This document shows positions 49,232 through 60,063 of a stretch of DNA of 64,000 nucleotides, one piece after another (position 1 is the first letter of the stretch; every line of letters begins with the position of its first letter). The stretch comes from Trichormus sp. ATA11-4-KO1 (GTDB lineage: Bacteria > Cyanobacteriota > Cyanobacteriia > Cyanobacteriales > Nostocaceae). A program made the translations under genes and the position numbers. The notes beneath the pieces are model-generated. The model was not told where the DNA came from. It saw only the letters and a program-made list of their open reading frames with translations, and ran no database searches. Location: positions 8,377-72,376 of the forward strand of contig JAHHIM010000025.1 in assembly GCA_019358915.1 (NCBI GenBank), in the 5' to 3' direction.

Positions 49232-50629
49232 TTATGTAGTTGGTTTGATTTGTGTTAGCAAGATTTTCAACCAAGAGGAAACTGCTTCTTCCATTTCCCA
49301 TCTATGAGAAGCTTCGAGATTTTGAGTAACTTCATAACTAACAACAGCATAGTAAAGAGCAGCTATAGGTTGTGCTTTTTCAAACACAGAAATTAGTTGC
49401 TCTATCGGCATATAAACTGTCCAGGGTTCTAGATAAGCATTACGTAAACGTACTTGCACATCAGTTACATCGGGAAGTTGATGTGTAATATCTTGCAAAA
49501 ATAAAATTACATCGAAAAAGGGATGAGATATTGCGGCATCAGACCAATCGAAATAGATAAAATTTTCATCAGTAACAATCACATTTTCGCAATGAAAATC
49601 GCCGTGTATTAAAGTTTGAGGTATACCACACATTGCTAATTCATAACACATTGCTATTAATTCAGGAGCTAAAAAGCTTAATCTCTTGATCTCAGATTCT
49701 AAAAAACGTGGATTATTTGGTGGCACTAGTAATGTGGATGTGTCTGCTAATAGTGGCTCAACTTGACTAACGAGACGCTCTATACCTCGGTTAGGACAGC
49801 CAATATCCAATAACTTATTTATCTGAGCAACAGCCTGAATTTGCATCTTAGCAAACAAACTAAGTGCTTCTTCCCATTGAGTAATATCGGTGATTTTCCC
49901 CAGATGCTTGCCACCAAACTCTGTCATTAACATCCAGTGCTGTTGTGTCTCTATGACTATCAAATCTGGCAAGTTTTTGGAATAAAATTCAGATAATAAA
50001 TTGGTTATAGCAGGTTCATTATAAAATATCCCAAACGTCGCTTTGAAGTAAATATTTCCAGATGTAGTAGTGACTTTTAAAAGGCAAGAACGAGTTTGAG
50101 ATTTCACTTGTTCAATTGGAGCAATTACATTCATATTTCGGGAATAAATTTGTGAATTAATCCAGGACACTACTTTTTCAAACCAGCCTATTTTCGCCCA
50201 AGGAACTCGTTTCTCGGGAATATTATTTTTGCTAATTTCAGCAAACCAAGCATCAAGGATTCGGCGAATTTTAGGTTTAATAAATTCGACACTATCTAAA
50301 TCCTCAAACCCAAACCAACGTGCATTTTGAGGTGGTGTCCACAATGGAGAGTGATTTTCCATTGCATACGTCCTACACCCAGTTTTGGTTTCTAGGCTGT
50401 AATCTTCATAAAAACAGCGCAACACAGTTACATCCATTCCCAATTGTGCTTTAATCGCTTGATTTATATGGTTTACAACCCCAAAGTGATGCTCGTAAGG
50501 CACAAACCACGGCAAAGACCAGCCATTTTCGTCAGTTAGCATTAATACTTGTGGCTTCGTTCTGTGGAGAATAATGCTGTAATAGTCGAAATGGAAATTT
50601 GGAAAGTTAACTACAACTATTGGACTCAT
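49232..50629 (-). CDS. Aminoglycoside-phosphotransferase/choline-kinase-like protein with N-terminal extension
   Basis: IYFKA, TLIHGDFHCENV (Brenner motif), YFDWSDA, HPFFD. Confidence 0.85.
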   Translation of the reverse strand: MSPIVVVNFPNFHFDYYSIILHRTKPQVLMLTDENGWSLPWFVPYEHHFGVVNHINQAIKAQLGMDVTVLRCFYEDYSLETKTGCRTYAMENHSPLWTPPQNARWFGFEDLDSVEFIKPKIRRILDAWFAEISKNNIPEKRVPWAKIGWFEKVVSWINSQIYSRNMNVIAPIEQVKSQTRSCLLKVTTTSGNIYFKATFGIFYNEPAITNLLSEFYSKNLPDLIVIETQQHWMLMTEFGGKHLGKITDITQWEEALSLFAKMQIQAVAQINKLLDIGCPNRGIERLVSQVEPLLADTSTLLVPPNNPRFLESEIKRLSFLAPELIAMCYELAMCGIPQTLIHGDFHCENVIVTDENFIYFDWSDAAISHPFFDVILFLQDITHQLPDVTDVQVRLRNAYLEPWTVYMPIEQLISVFEKAQPIAALYYAVVSYEVTQNLEASHRWEMEEAVSSWLKILLTQIKPTT

Positions 50630-50896
50630 AACTAGGTATCTCTTTCATGAATTTGCTGGACTTAATTGGCATGAAAGAAGCCTCGTAACCCAAAAAATTT
50701 TTTACCCAGTCGCACAAAAGTTTATCAGACAGATGCTTTACTTGTCTGTTGCAACTGATAAGGGGGTTACGAGACGTTACTAGCGAATCCGAATAAACAT
50801 AGATAATCAGTTATGAAAATAAGGTATTTGGCAAATTTATTTTCAGTATATGGCACTTTTGAAAGTTCATTGCAAATCAAAACAGCACACCAAAGC

Positions 50897-51907
50897 TCAG
50901 GTTTTGTCAACTTCTTGTAAAGTATCTAAAAGTTTCGATTCATTCGTGGAACATTCAAATAGATGTAACCCCAACTGCTGGGAAAGTTCTTCACACACCT
51001 TAACTCCCCGCACACTATTACCACGCACGTCTAGCAGTGGCGAAAATACGCCAATGCCCATTTTATGAGGGACAACAGCCATAATCCCACCACAAACACC
51101 ACTTTTAGCAGGAATGCCAACTGTGTAAGCCCACTCACCTGCAAAGTTATACATGCCGCAGGTGTACATGACGCTAAGAATATCTTTGATATAACGGCTA
51201 TCTACCGCCTGTTCACCTGTGATGGGGTTAATACCTTTGTTAGCCAGGGTAGCCGCCATCACAGCTAAATCTTGACAATTCACCATCACAGCACACTGCT
51301 GAAAGTAAAGATCCAACGCTTCTTCGATATTTTGGTCAATCATGCCAAAGTTGAGCATCAGATGTGCCATAGCGCGGTTACGATGTCCCGTGCTACGTTC
51401 AGATGTAAACACTGATATATCAACAAATGCATCATGTCCGGTGTATCTTTGAAACATCTCTAAAACTCGGTTAAGACGCTCTGTGGGGCCAGATCCTTTA
51501 ATTAAGCTAGTAGTGGCGATCGCTCCCGCGTTTACCATTGGGTTATAAGGTCGCTTTGATTGCTCATCCAGCATAATCGCGTTGAATGCATCCCCTGTCG
51601 GTTCTACGCCAACTCTAGTTAAAATGTAATCCCTTCCATGATCTTCTAAGGCGAGTCCGTAAGTAAACACTTTAGAAATAGACTGGATAGTAAATAGTTG
51701 TTGGTAATCCCCAACTTCGTAAGTGTGTCCATCTACAGTCACAAGGCAAATACTAAATAATTCCGGATTTACCTTCGTTAGTTCTGGAATATAGTTTGCT
51801 AATGTGCCCTCATTTAGTGTCTTGTATTTGGAATACAAGTCATTGAGAACAGTTAAAAATGGCGATGAGACTACTTCTAAATCTCCTAGATGTGTTTGGT
51901 TTGCCAT
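50897..51907 (-). CDS. glsA: Glutaminase A
   Basis: [15 protein letters not shown] (SxxK), [24 protein letters not shown]. Confidence 0.95.
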   Translation of the reverse strand: MANQTHLGDLEVVSSPFLTVLNDLYSKYKTLNEGTLANYIPELTKVNPELFSICLVTVDGHTYEVGDYQQLFTIQSISKVFTYGLALEDHGRDYILTRVGVEPTGDAFNAIMLDEQSKRPYNPMVNAGAIATTSLIKGSGPTERLNRVLEMFQRYTGHDAFVDISVFTSERSTGHRNRAMAHLMLNFGMIDQNIEEALDLYFQQCAVMVNCQDLAVMAATLANKGINPITGEQAVDSRYIKDILSVMYTCGMYNFAGEWAYTVGIPAKSGVCGGIMAVVPHKMGIGVFSPLLDVRGNSVRGVKVCEELSQQLGLHLFECSTNESKLLDTLQEVDKT

Positions 51908-52227
51908 AAGGCTGATAATTTACTCTGAAAAATCATACTTTATTAAATATGGCAAGCGGAATTATACGTGATTTTTATTACACCTTAACTTATTTACCCA
52001 TGCCTGAGAAGCTATTTTTAATAGTCTCATCATCAATTTTACTTTGCTAGTAAAAAATTTTTAGCTACATTATTGTTATACTTGTTTAAGTATAAACTCT
52101 AATAAAACTTGTTACTTATAATACAAATAAATTTGAATATTTTCAAAGTATTTACGCATAAAGTATGTAATAAAAGTAAGTTAATCAAAAATGGACAATA
52201 CTAGCTCATTTAAAAAATCTATGATTT

Positions 52228-52241
52228 GTAAGTCTTGATAC
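52228..52241. promoter_or_regulatory. Candidate NtcA-binding site (GTA-N8-TAC) in the glsA/rlpA divergent region
   Basis: gta-agtcttga-tac; a second TGT-N10-ACA lies at 52110-52125. The AT-rich context makes chance matches possible. Confidence 0.35.
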
Positions 52242-52706
52242 CGCTTGTTTATATTAAAATTTAAAAATTTTATAAACTAAATACAATTAATCATTTATGG
52301 TGGTTTTTTTCTCCAATATATTAAATTATTATAGGTAAGATTTTAATTTTTTATATGTTATTTTAAATACAGTTTTGCATCAGGAGAGTTACAGCTAATT
52401 AAAAATCAGCAAAATATTAAATTTTCATATGAAAAATTTTGTTAAACGAAAAAAACGTTACATAGTCGAAATCCGCATTTACAAAAGGTTTTACCCTAGA
52501 AATTGGGATCAGAATTTGATGAAGTTATGATTATCTACGCTAAAACCCTGATCCCCAAGCTAAGAAGTTCATGTTAGTCTGTTGCAGTTATAAACAAAAA
52601 GTGAAAGCGGAACAAGTTCGAGTTATTAGGAATACGTCATGTTCTGTGACACAAAATCCCACGAACTAAGAAACTGCTGTTCTACAGTCGCTTTAAAATC
52701 GGACGC

Positions 52707-53840
52707 ATGAATCAAAGATATTTGTGGACTATTGTCGCCCTGTTTCTGACTGCTTTGGGGATGCCCTTAGTCGGTCACACTCAAACTACTAAGGCAAAGG
52801 AAACCACTCCAGTTTCCCAAGAATCATCAGTTAGTGATGTAGTCAAAGTAGGAGAGTTTCAATCCTCGGCAGGGAAACGTACCTCGGATGCTGTGATTAC
52901 AAACATTCATCCTCACAATATTGGAGGTCGGAAGGCGGCAACCCTGTTTATCAAAAATATTCCAGTTCTCACCTTTTTAAGTTCTCAGCCAGTTGCGAGT
53001 GTTGATACGAAAGTTGGAGAAGTTGGAGATAATGAGGGCGTACAATCGTATGCCCTTATTGCTGGTGACTCAGCCAAATTGACCAGTGTGGGGAATTTAA
53101 CAAATGCGAGAAATCAAAAAAGCTCGCCTCAAGATGACCCGGTGCATAGAGCTGGTTTAATAGCAGCTAATATCAACCAGCTAGTCCGAAACGGTATGGA
53201 TGCCGAACAGATTACTGTTAGTTGGAAGGGCGAGAACAAATCTACAGTTACCAATCCAGTAGAGAACAAAAACGCCTCTGTCCAACAAAAACCAAGCGTT
53301 AGCAAAGCTCCTCCCAAGGAAGCTCGCTATACGATCAAAATCAATGACCAAGAATTGGTGGAAATTAATCAAAATACCCGGCTAGCAGGTACCACCAAAA
53401 ATCTCGCAGAAGATGCATTGCAAGCAACCAATCGTTTGCGGAGACTCATCGGCAATGCATCTCCCATCAATGAAATTGCTAACTTACCAGTACGCGCACC
53501 AATTTCCTTGCCCAAGCCAGCACAACAAATTGCTACCAATGTGCGACTTAGTTTTCAAGGCATAGCTTCCTTTTACGGTCGGGATTTTGCTGGCAGACCA
53601 ACTGCGACTGGTGAGAGGTTTAATCCAGAAGCCATGACCGCCGCCCATCGTAGTTTACCCTTTGGGACGCGAGTCCGGGTCACCAACACCCGCAATGGTC
53701 GTTCTGTCGTGGTGCGAATCAATGACCGTGGCCCATTCATCCGGGGTCGAGTGATCGATTTATCTACTGGTGCAGCTCGATCTATAGGCATGATCAGTAG
53801 TGGTGTAGCACCTGTGAAGATTGAAGTCCTGGGTCGTTAA
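52707..53840 (+). CDS. rlpA: Septal ring lytic transglycosylase RlpA-family protein
   Basis: [37 protein letters not shown] (DPBB domain). Confidence 0.93.
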   Translation: MNQRYLWTIVALFLTALGMPLVGHTQTTKAKETTPVSQESSVSDVVKVGEFQSSAGKRTSDAVITNIHPHNIGGRKAATLFIKNIPVLTFLSSQPVASVDTKVGEVGDNEGVQSYALIAGDSAKLTSVGNLTNARNQKSSPQDDPVHRAGLIAANINQLVRNGMDAEQITVSWKGENKSTVTNPVENKNASVQQKPSVSKAPPKEARYTIKINDQELVEINQNTRLAGTTKNLAEDALQATNRLRRLIGNASPINEIANLPVRAPISLPKPAQQIATNVRLSFQGIASFYGRDFAGRPTATGERFNPEAMTAAHRSLPFGTRVRVTNTRNGRSVVVRINDRGPFIRGRVIDLSTGAARSIGMISSGVAPVKIEVLGR

Positions 53841-54035
53841 TCATTAGGTACTTCAAGTTTTTCTAAAATCAGGGATCAGAGGACAAGGGGACAAGAAAAA
53901 TTAAAGCCAAACTATCTCCCCATCCCCCATCTCCGCATCCCCCCAATTCTTAATTCCCCTAGTTCAAGTGTTTCTTCCCCCTATTTCAGATATAAACTAA
54001 CGGGTGAGAGGCTTAAAAAGAACTAGGGGAATTTT

Positions 54036-55640
54036 GTGCGCCTGCTGACAACAGTCGCAGCTTTACGCTGCTATTTAACTAAACGCTGCTCAGAAAATAA
54101 GCTTACGGTTCCAGAGGAACTGGGAATAGATGAAATGGCTAGCTGGTATCAGACAGCTGTTGGTCTAGTCCCAACGATGGGAGGGTTGCATCAAGGTCAT
54201 TTAAGCTTGATTGAAAGAGCGCGGCAAGAAAATTCCACGGTGATTGTCAGTATTTTCGTCAATCCCCTGCAATTTGCTCCACATGAAGATTATGAACGTT
54301 ATCCACGTACTTTAGAGCAAGACCAACAACTTTGCACACAGGCAGGGGTGGATGCAATTTTTGCACCGACTCCGGAAGAAATGGGTGTTCCTCAGAAAAG
54401 TATACAAGAATCTAAAGTTACACAAGTAACACCGCCATCTGCTATGATAACAGGCTTGTGTGGTCGTTCTCGGCTAAGTCACTTTCAGGGTGTGGCTACG
54501 ATTGTGACCAAGCTTTTGAACTTGGTACAACCTGACCGAGCCTACTTTGGACAGAAAGATGGTCAGCAACTAGCTATTATTAGACGGTTGGTGGCCGACT
54601 TAAATTTGCCAGTAGATATTGTTGCTTGTCCTACAGTGCGGGAAGCGTCGGGACTCGCCTTGAGTTCTCGCAATCAATATTTGACTGCACAGGAAAAAGA
54701 GCAAGCAACGGCTTTATATCGAGGCTTAGCGCAAGCAGAAGCTGCGTTCAAGGCAGGTATTCGTGATAAAAGCAAGCTGATAGCAGTGGTACAGCAAGAA
54801 TTGGCAAAGGTTAGTACTCTATTCGTGGAATATATTGAATTGGTTGAACCGACTACGTTAATGTCTTTAGAAACAGTTGAGGAGGAAGGAATGCTGGCGA
54901 TCGCAGCTCGTCTTGGTTCTACACGTTTGATTGATAATACCATCTTGAGCGATCGCCAACCCATCATCGCCATTGATGGGCCAGCTGGTGCTGGTAAATC
55001 TACGGTGGCTCGTCAAGTAGCAGCCAAGCTGGGTTTAGTGTATCTAGATACAGGCGCTATGTATCGTGCTGTTACTTGGCTAGTGCTACAACAGGGTATT
55101 GCCATTGATGATGAATGTGCGATCGCCCAATTAGCCAACCAGTGTAATATTGAACTTACTCCCAGTCGTGATTTGCAATCTCCAGTTAGGGTTTGGGTTA
55201 ATGATACTGATGTTACCCAGGCAATTCGCACCGTTGAGGTCACATCTCAAGTATCGGCAATAGCCGCACAGAGTGCTGTGCGTCAAGCACTGGTGAAAAA
55301 ACAGCAAAACTGGGGTAAGAGAGGTGGTTTAGTGGCTGAAGGTCGGGACATTGGGACGCATGTATTCCCCGATGCCGAAGTGAAAATCTTCTTAACCGCC
55401 TCTGTGAATGAACGCGCCCGTCGCCGTCAGCAAGACTTTAAAAAACAGGGTCAACCCGAAGTTACTTTAGAACAGTTGAAACGGGACATTGCTGAACGTG
55501 ACTGGAAAGATAGCACCCGTAAAGTTTCCCCTCTGCAAAAAGCAGCAGATGCAGTGGAAATGCAAACCGACGGTCTAAGTGTGGCTGAAGTCGCAGCACA
55601 AATTGTTAACTATTACCAACAGCGTTTATCTCAGTTGTAA
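54036..55640 (+). CDS. panC/cmk: Bifunctional pantoate-beta-alanine ligase / cytidylate kinase
   Basis: VPTMGGLHQGH, FGQKD, GLALSSRN and RLIDN, fused to IAIDGPAGAGKST, DTGAMYR and EGRDIGT. Confidence 0.96.
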   Translation: MRLLTTVAALRCYLTKRCSENKLTVPEELGIDEMASWYQTAVGLVPTMGGLHQGHLSLIERARQENSTVIVSIFVNPLQFAPHEDYERYPRTLEQDQQLCTQAGVDAIFAPTPEEMGVPQKSIQESKVTQVTPPSAMITGLCGRSRLSHFQGVATIVTKLLNLVQPDRAYFGQKDGQQLAIIRRLVADLNLPVDIVACPTVREASGLALSSRNQYLTAQEKEQATALYRGLAQAEAAFKAGIRDKSKLIAVVQQELAKVSTLFVEYIELVEPTTLMSLETVEEEGMLAIAARLGSTRLIDNTILSDRQPIIAIDGPAGAGKSTVARQVAAKLGLVYLDTGAMYRAVTWLVLQQGIAIDDECAIAQLANQCNIELTPSRDLQSPVRVWVNDTDVTQAIRTVEVTSQVSAIAAQSAVRQALVKKQQNWGKRGGLVAEGRDIGTHVFPDAEVKIFLTASVNERARRRQQDFKKQGQPEVTLEQLKRDIAERDWKDSTRKVSPLQKAADAVEMQTDGLSVAEVAAQIVNYYQQRLSQL

Positions 55641-55807
55641 TTAGTACGATTTGATGTGAGTTTCTAGTTAAATATAATGGTGAGTCAGTACCCACTCACC
55701 ATGATAAAAATCATGCCAATTATTTGATTAATACGACTAATGATATAGGTATCAAAGCTGTTAAATTCGTTAGAAAGTGGGAAGCACTCATCCTAGGATT
55801 TAACCTT

Positions 55808-56422
55808 ATGGCATTTGAACTTCCCCCTTTGCCTTATAACTATGATGCCTTAGAGCCGTATATTGATGCTGAAACTATGCGGCTACATCATGATAAGCAC
55901 CACCAAGCTTATGTAAGTAAAGTAAACGAAGTCTTGGAGAAACATCCAGAACTACATTCAAAGAATATTGAAGATTTGATTGTGGGGCTAAATAGTTTGC
56001 CACAAGATATCATGACGACTGTGCGTAACCACGGCGGTGGACATGTTAACCACACAATGTTTTGGCAAATTATGACATATCATGGTGGTGGTGAACCAAC
56101 AGGTGCGATCGCTGAGATAATTAACGATAACTTTGGTGATTTAGAAACCTTTAAACAGCGCTTTAATGATGCGGGAACAAAACAATTTGGTAGTGGTTGG
56201 GTTTGGCTAGTTCGCACTCCTGACAATAAATTTGAAATTACTAGTACGCCTAACCAAGATAGTCCGATGACATCTGGTAGTTTTCCCATTATGGGTAATG
56301 ATGTTTGGGAACACGCCTATTATCTCAAATACCAAAACCGTCGTGCTGAATATCTCAAACAGTGGTGGAATGTCGTCAACTGGAACGAGATTAACAAACG
56401 ATTACAGATGTCAATGCACTGA
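55808..56422 (+). CDS. Superoxide dismutase, Mn-type signature, no membrane anchor
   Basis: [33 protein letters not shown] and [11 protein letters not shown] at 55808 preferred. Confidence 0.9.
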   Translation: MAFELPPLPYNYDALEPYIDAETMRLHHDKHHQAYVSKVNEVLEKHPELHSKNIEDLIVGLNSLPQDIMTTVRNHGGGHVNHTMFWQIMTYHGGGEPTGAIAEIINDNFGDLETFKQRFNDAGTKQFGSGWVWLVRTPDNKFEITSTPNQDSPMTSGSFPIMGNDVWEHAYYLKYQNRRAEYLKQWWNVVNWNEINKRLQMSMH

Positions 56423-56471
56423 ATAGATGGGCGGAAATAAAAATAGAAACATAACCCTGTTGTGTCACTAT

Positions 56472-56820
56472 TTAATTATTGATGAAACCGGAGATAAATT
56501 GGGTACACAATTTACGGCACTGGCTTTAGCTGGCTCAATTGCTGGTGTGAATATGGGTAGTGAGAATCATGGCTTTGTCTGGAACTATTACCCTCACAGT
56601 ATTCACAGCGACAATGGGTATTGTACTGGGTGCTTTATTGGGAGTGCGATCGCAATTTTCAGCATATCTCATGGCTGGCATAAGTTTAGTAGCGATCGCT
56701 TTGGGTTTTTACGTAGGCTGGCAAGCCACAAATGGTAATAAAAAATACTTCTTTGTTTGCTCCTTAGCAATTAGTATTGTTTCTCAAGGTGGAACCAGCT
56801 TTCGCGGCGCTAACTTATAT
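56472..56820 (+). pseudogene. Chimeric relic: IS701-like transposase scrap + truncated membrane pentapeptide-repeat gene
   Basis: LIIDETGDK at 56472-56498. The downstream frame encodes TM helices ending at GGTSFRGANL, and the repeats then stop. Confidence 0.55.
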
Positions 56821-56905
56821 ACTCTGGTTTGCTTTAAGTCACTTATTACAAACATTCAATATACTGGGAAAGTTCTGAAAGAGTTGATAAAAAATTGAGT
56901 CATTT

Positions 56906-57430
56906 TCATCTGATGAAACTATGACTTTTCCCATCTTGCCATCCATGCAAAATTGGCATAGTAAACAAACCCCAAGCCAAACCCGTAATCAAACCAAACG
57001 ATGTCACCAGATAATTATTAAAATCCCATAACCCAAACACCTGGGCTGCCAATTCCAAAGGATAAGCCATCATCAGCACACTAGCCAGCGCCGCACCATT
57101 CCAGCCATACTGACTCAACCAACAAAAACCCTTACCACCAGTCACCCCATACAACAACCGAGTAATTAGCAACCCCGTCACCGTACCATAGCAGCGCATA
57201 CACACAGCCATAATAAACGGGGGAACTAAATCCAAACCCATATGTGGTTGCGGACACACATGATTACCCATGAAATAAATAATGTCCGCAATCCTTCCCA
57301 GCAAAGACACATCAGACGCAGCCAAAAAAGGAGCAAGTGGCGGGCCAAAAACCATCCCCACCAACAGAAAGTCAGCAAAGAAACTGACCCAATTAATCTG
57401 CAACTCATCTTGAAAAGCTACCCTTGCCAT
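56906..57430 (-). CDS. DUF2085-type membrane protein
   Basis: HVCPQ...AVCMRCYG plus TM helices. Confidence 0.82.
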   Translation of the reverse strand: MARVAFQDELQINWVSFFADFLLVGMVFGPPLAPFLAASDVSLLGRIADIIYFMGNHVCPQPHMGLDLVPPFIMAVCMRCYGTVTGLLITRLLYGVTGGKGFCWLSQYGWNGAALASVLMMAYPLELAAQVFGLWDFNNYLVTSFGLITGLAWGLFTMPILHGWQDGKSHSFIR

Positions 57431-57468
57431 TCTTCTTTGCGCCTTTGCGCCTTTGCGTGAGACATTTC

Positions 57469-59580
57469 TTAACCTACATTAGCAACATAGGGACTTGTCA
57501 ACTTATCCAACTGCTGAATCAACAGACTGAGGAACAAACCCACATCAGTCACCACACCCACTGATTCCACAGAACCGCGATCGCTTAACTTAGTCACCAC
57601 AGCTGGATTAATATCCACACAGACCATTTTCACCCCAGCCGGAGTCATATTCCCCACCCCAATCGAGTGCAGCATTGATGACAGCATCAAAATCATCTCC
57701 GCACCTTCCAAGTGTTTGGCATATTCCTCCTGCGCCTGAATCAAATTCATTTGAGTATCAGGCAAAGGCCCATCATCCCGAATCGAACCAGCTAACACAA
57801 AAGGTACATTATTAGCGACACACTCATACATCACGCCACTGTTAATTACTCCCGCCTCTACAGCTTTGGCAATACTGCCATAGCGCCGGATAGTATTAAT
57901 CACCTTTAAGTGATGACGGTGTCCACCACGCACAGCCACACCCCGCTTCATATCCACACCGAGAGAAGTCCCCATCATATTTTGCTCGATGTCATGAACT
58001 GCGATCGCATTACCACTCAACAGCGCTTGTACATATCCTTCCCGAATTAACCGCGCTAGATGTTCGCCGCCGCCAGTGTGAATCACCACAGGCCCTGCTG
58101 TGACGACTACTTTACCGCCAGCATCTCTAATTTTCCTTAATTCCCAGGCTACTTGCTCAACAACTAACTCCACACGTCTTTCACTGGAAACACCAGCCGA
58201 CATAAAGCTGAATTCTTTAGAGTTACGCTGTTCCCGCGATTCAGGTTTACGGATGGTACGGATACCTTGTACGTCTACAACTACCCGTTCACCTACTTCT
58301 AGGTCACGGAGTATTTTACACTTTGCTAGTATACCGTTGGGGGTTTGAGTAATAGCGATCGCCCCATCCATGCGTTGATTTTGTACCTTAATCCACTCAC
58401 CGTTAATCCGCACTTCTGTAGGATAAATTGTACTGACGTAAAAATCATCAGGAGCTACCCCAGCTTGGATCACGGGTTCTAGCTTGGCATCTCGCTCATC
58501 TTGGGGTAAGTCTACAGCACCCAAATCAATCAACCGGGAGATGATTTCTTCCATCACCTCATGAGAAGGCGCTGACACCCTCACCTCAGCTGCTGAAGTG
58601 CTTTGGCGTTGTTCTCCCAAGTTGAAATTTAATACTTGGAAACTTCCCCCAGCATCCACAATCAAATCCAAAGCGCGGTTAATCAAACCAGAGTCGAGCA
58701 AATGCCCTTCTATCCGAATAACGCGACTTTCTACCGATACATTGGCGTGGATTTCTGCGTGTAGTGGTTCTGTTACGCGTAGGGTCAAACATTTAGCTGC
58801 ACCACCAGCTTTGAGAAATTCAGTCAGAGGCGTTTCAATCACTCGGAAACCAACAGCCGCCAAGCGTGCTTTTAAAGCATCACTCGCCTTGTTCATGACT
58901 ACAATACTTTCCACATTCACCGCATTGCAGGCAAAGTTAACTGCATCGGCTTCAGCAATAGCTATGCGCTTTTCTGGTGCGACTCGCATTTCTATTAAAC
59001 GGTTAGAATATGAGTCAAACGCGCCGGGATAGTACAATAAATAGCCGTCAGCTAAAGGACAAAAGCAGGTATCTAGGTGATAAAAACGCTGATCGATTAA
59101 CCGTAGGGACAGCACCTCAATATCTAGCCATTTAGCTAGGTAAGGGTGAGAATCTAATTCTGAACGAAAGCCATATCCTGCCCATAACCAACGTCCTTCC
59201 CGATCTAGCAACGCATCTCCAGCGCCTTCAAAAGGTAATTCTTGAGGCAGTACATTAACTACAAAACCGTTTTCCTCAAACCATTCTTTGAAGAAAGGCT
59301 CTTCTCCTTGACGTTCTTTATGCAAAAAGCGACTAAGAACAACGTTATCCCCTAGAACTAGGCCAGCATTGGCAGTAAACACCATATCAGGCCAACCAAT
59401 TTGGGGTGGTACTAAATCTACAATGGCGTGTTTTTTGAGAATTTGGTATAGCTTCTGCCACTGTTCGACGGCGCGATCGCGCGAAGACTTGTGAATATTC
59501 CCTTCCATCCAAGGGTTAATCACATAGTCCACATCGTAGTGGTCAGGGGCGCACATCAAAAAGCGAATCAGGGAAGTCAT
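57469..59580 (-). CDS. argZ: Arginine dihydrolase / ornithine cyclodeaminase, bifunctional (ArgZ/AgrE)
   Basis: Amidinotransferase domain (INPWM, DMVFTAN, FEGAGD, YHLDTCF, GGAAKC) plus a TIGR00300-type C-terminus (GHLLDSG, GNAIAVHDIE, GSIRDDGPLP); 703 aa. Confidence 0.93.
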   Translation of the reverse strand: MTSLIRFLMCAPDHYDVDYVINPWMEGNIHKSSRDRAVEQWQKLYQILKKHAIVDLVPPQIGWPDMVFTANAGLVLGDNVVLSRFLHKERQGEEPFFKEWFEENGFVVNVLPQELPFEGAGDALLDREGRWLWAGYGFRSELDSHPYLAKWLDIEVLSLRLIDQRFYHLDTCFCPLADGYLLYYPGAFDSYSNRLIEMRVAPEKRIAIAEADAVNFACNAVNVESIVVMNKASDALKARLAAVGFRVIETPLTEFLKAGGAAKCLTLRVTEPLHAEIHANVSVESRVIRIEGHLLDSGLINRALDLIVDAGGSFQVLNFNLGEQRQSTSAAEVRVSAPSHEVMEEIISRLIDLGAVDLPQDERDAKLEPVIQAGVAPDDFYVSTIYPTEVRINGEWIKVQNQRMDGAIAITQTPNGILAKCKILRDLEVGERVVVDVQGIRTIRKPESREQRNSKEFSFMSAGVSSERRVELVVEQVAWELRKIRDAGGKVVVTAGPVVIHTGGGEHLARLIREGYVQALLSGNAIAVHDIEQNMMGTSLGVDMKRGVAVRGGHRHHLKVINTIRRYGSIAKAVEAGVINSGVMYECVANNVPFVLAGSIRDDGPLPDTQMNLIQAQEEYAKHLEGAEMILMLSSMLHSIGVGNMTPAGVKMVCVDINPAVVTKLSDRGSVESVGVVTDVGLFLSLLIQQLDKLTSPYVANVG

Positions 59581-60063
59581 AAAAATACTACAAGCCTACT
59601 TCGGATACAGACTTTTGCTGTTTAGTTTTGCAAAACCAGCTAATAACCCTCTATCTATCTATAGATAGTTATAGAGTGTCATACAGGCTCCGCTCTTATT
59701 CTATTCTTGTAAAAGATCAAGTGAGGGTTAAAAAGTGTCAAAATGCCCATAAATGAAAGTGCTGTGTCGTGCTATTTTAACTTTATTTCGTGACAAATTA
59801 TGATGGCAAAACCAACCATCAAGGTCGAGGATAATCCTGAGAATCAGGATATTTGCGCTGTAATCAACAAAATTCTCGACTAGAACAACAATTATGTATG
59901 AATAATTGCTCTGATATACAGTAGTTTTCTGGGATGTCTGCAATTACTTTCTTGGGACACACCATAATCCAGACTAAATCAAGTAATTTTATCTTTTTAC
60001 TTGATATTTTCACCCTGTACGTTTTAATATGTCTAGGTTAGTGAGAATAGGTAGCAATAGACT

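Noticed and set aside
55724..55807. 28-aa N-terminal extension of SOD as a targeting peptide
   Set aside because: TTG start, not hydrophobic enough, and the typical MAFELP start has its own upstream agga.
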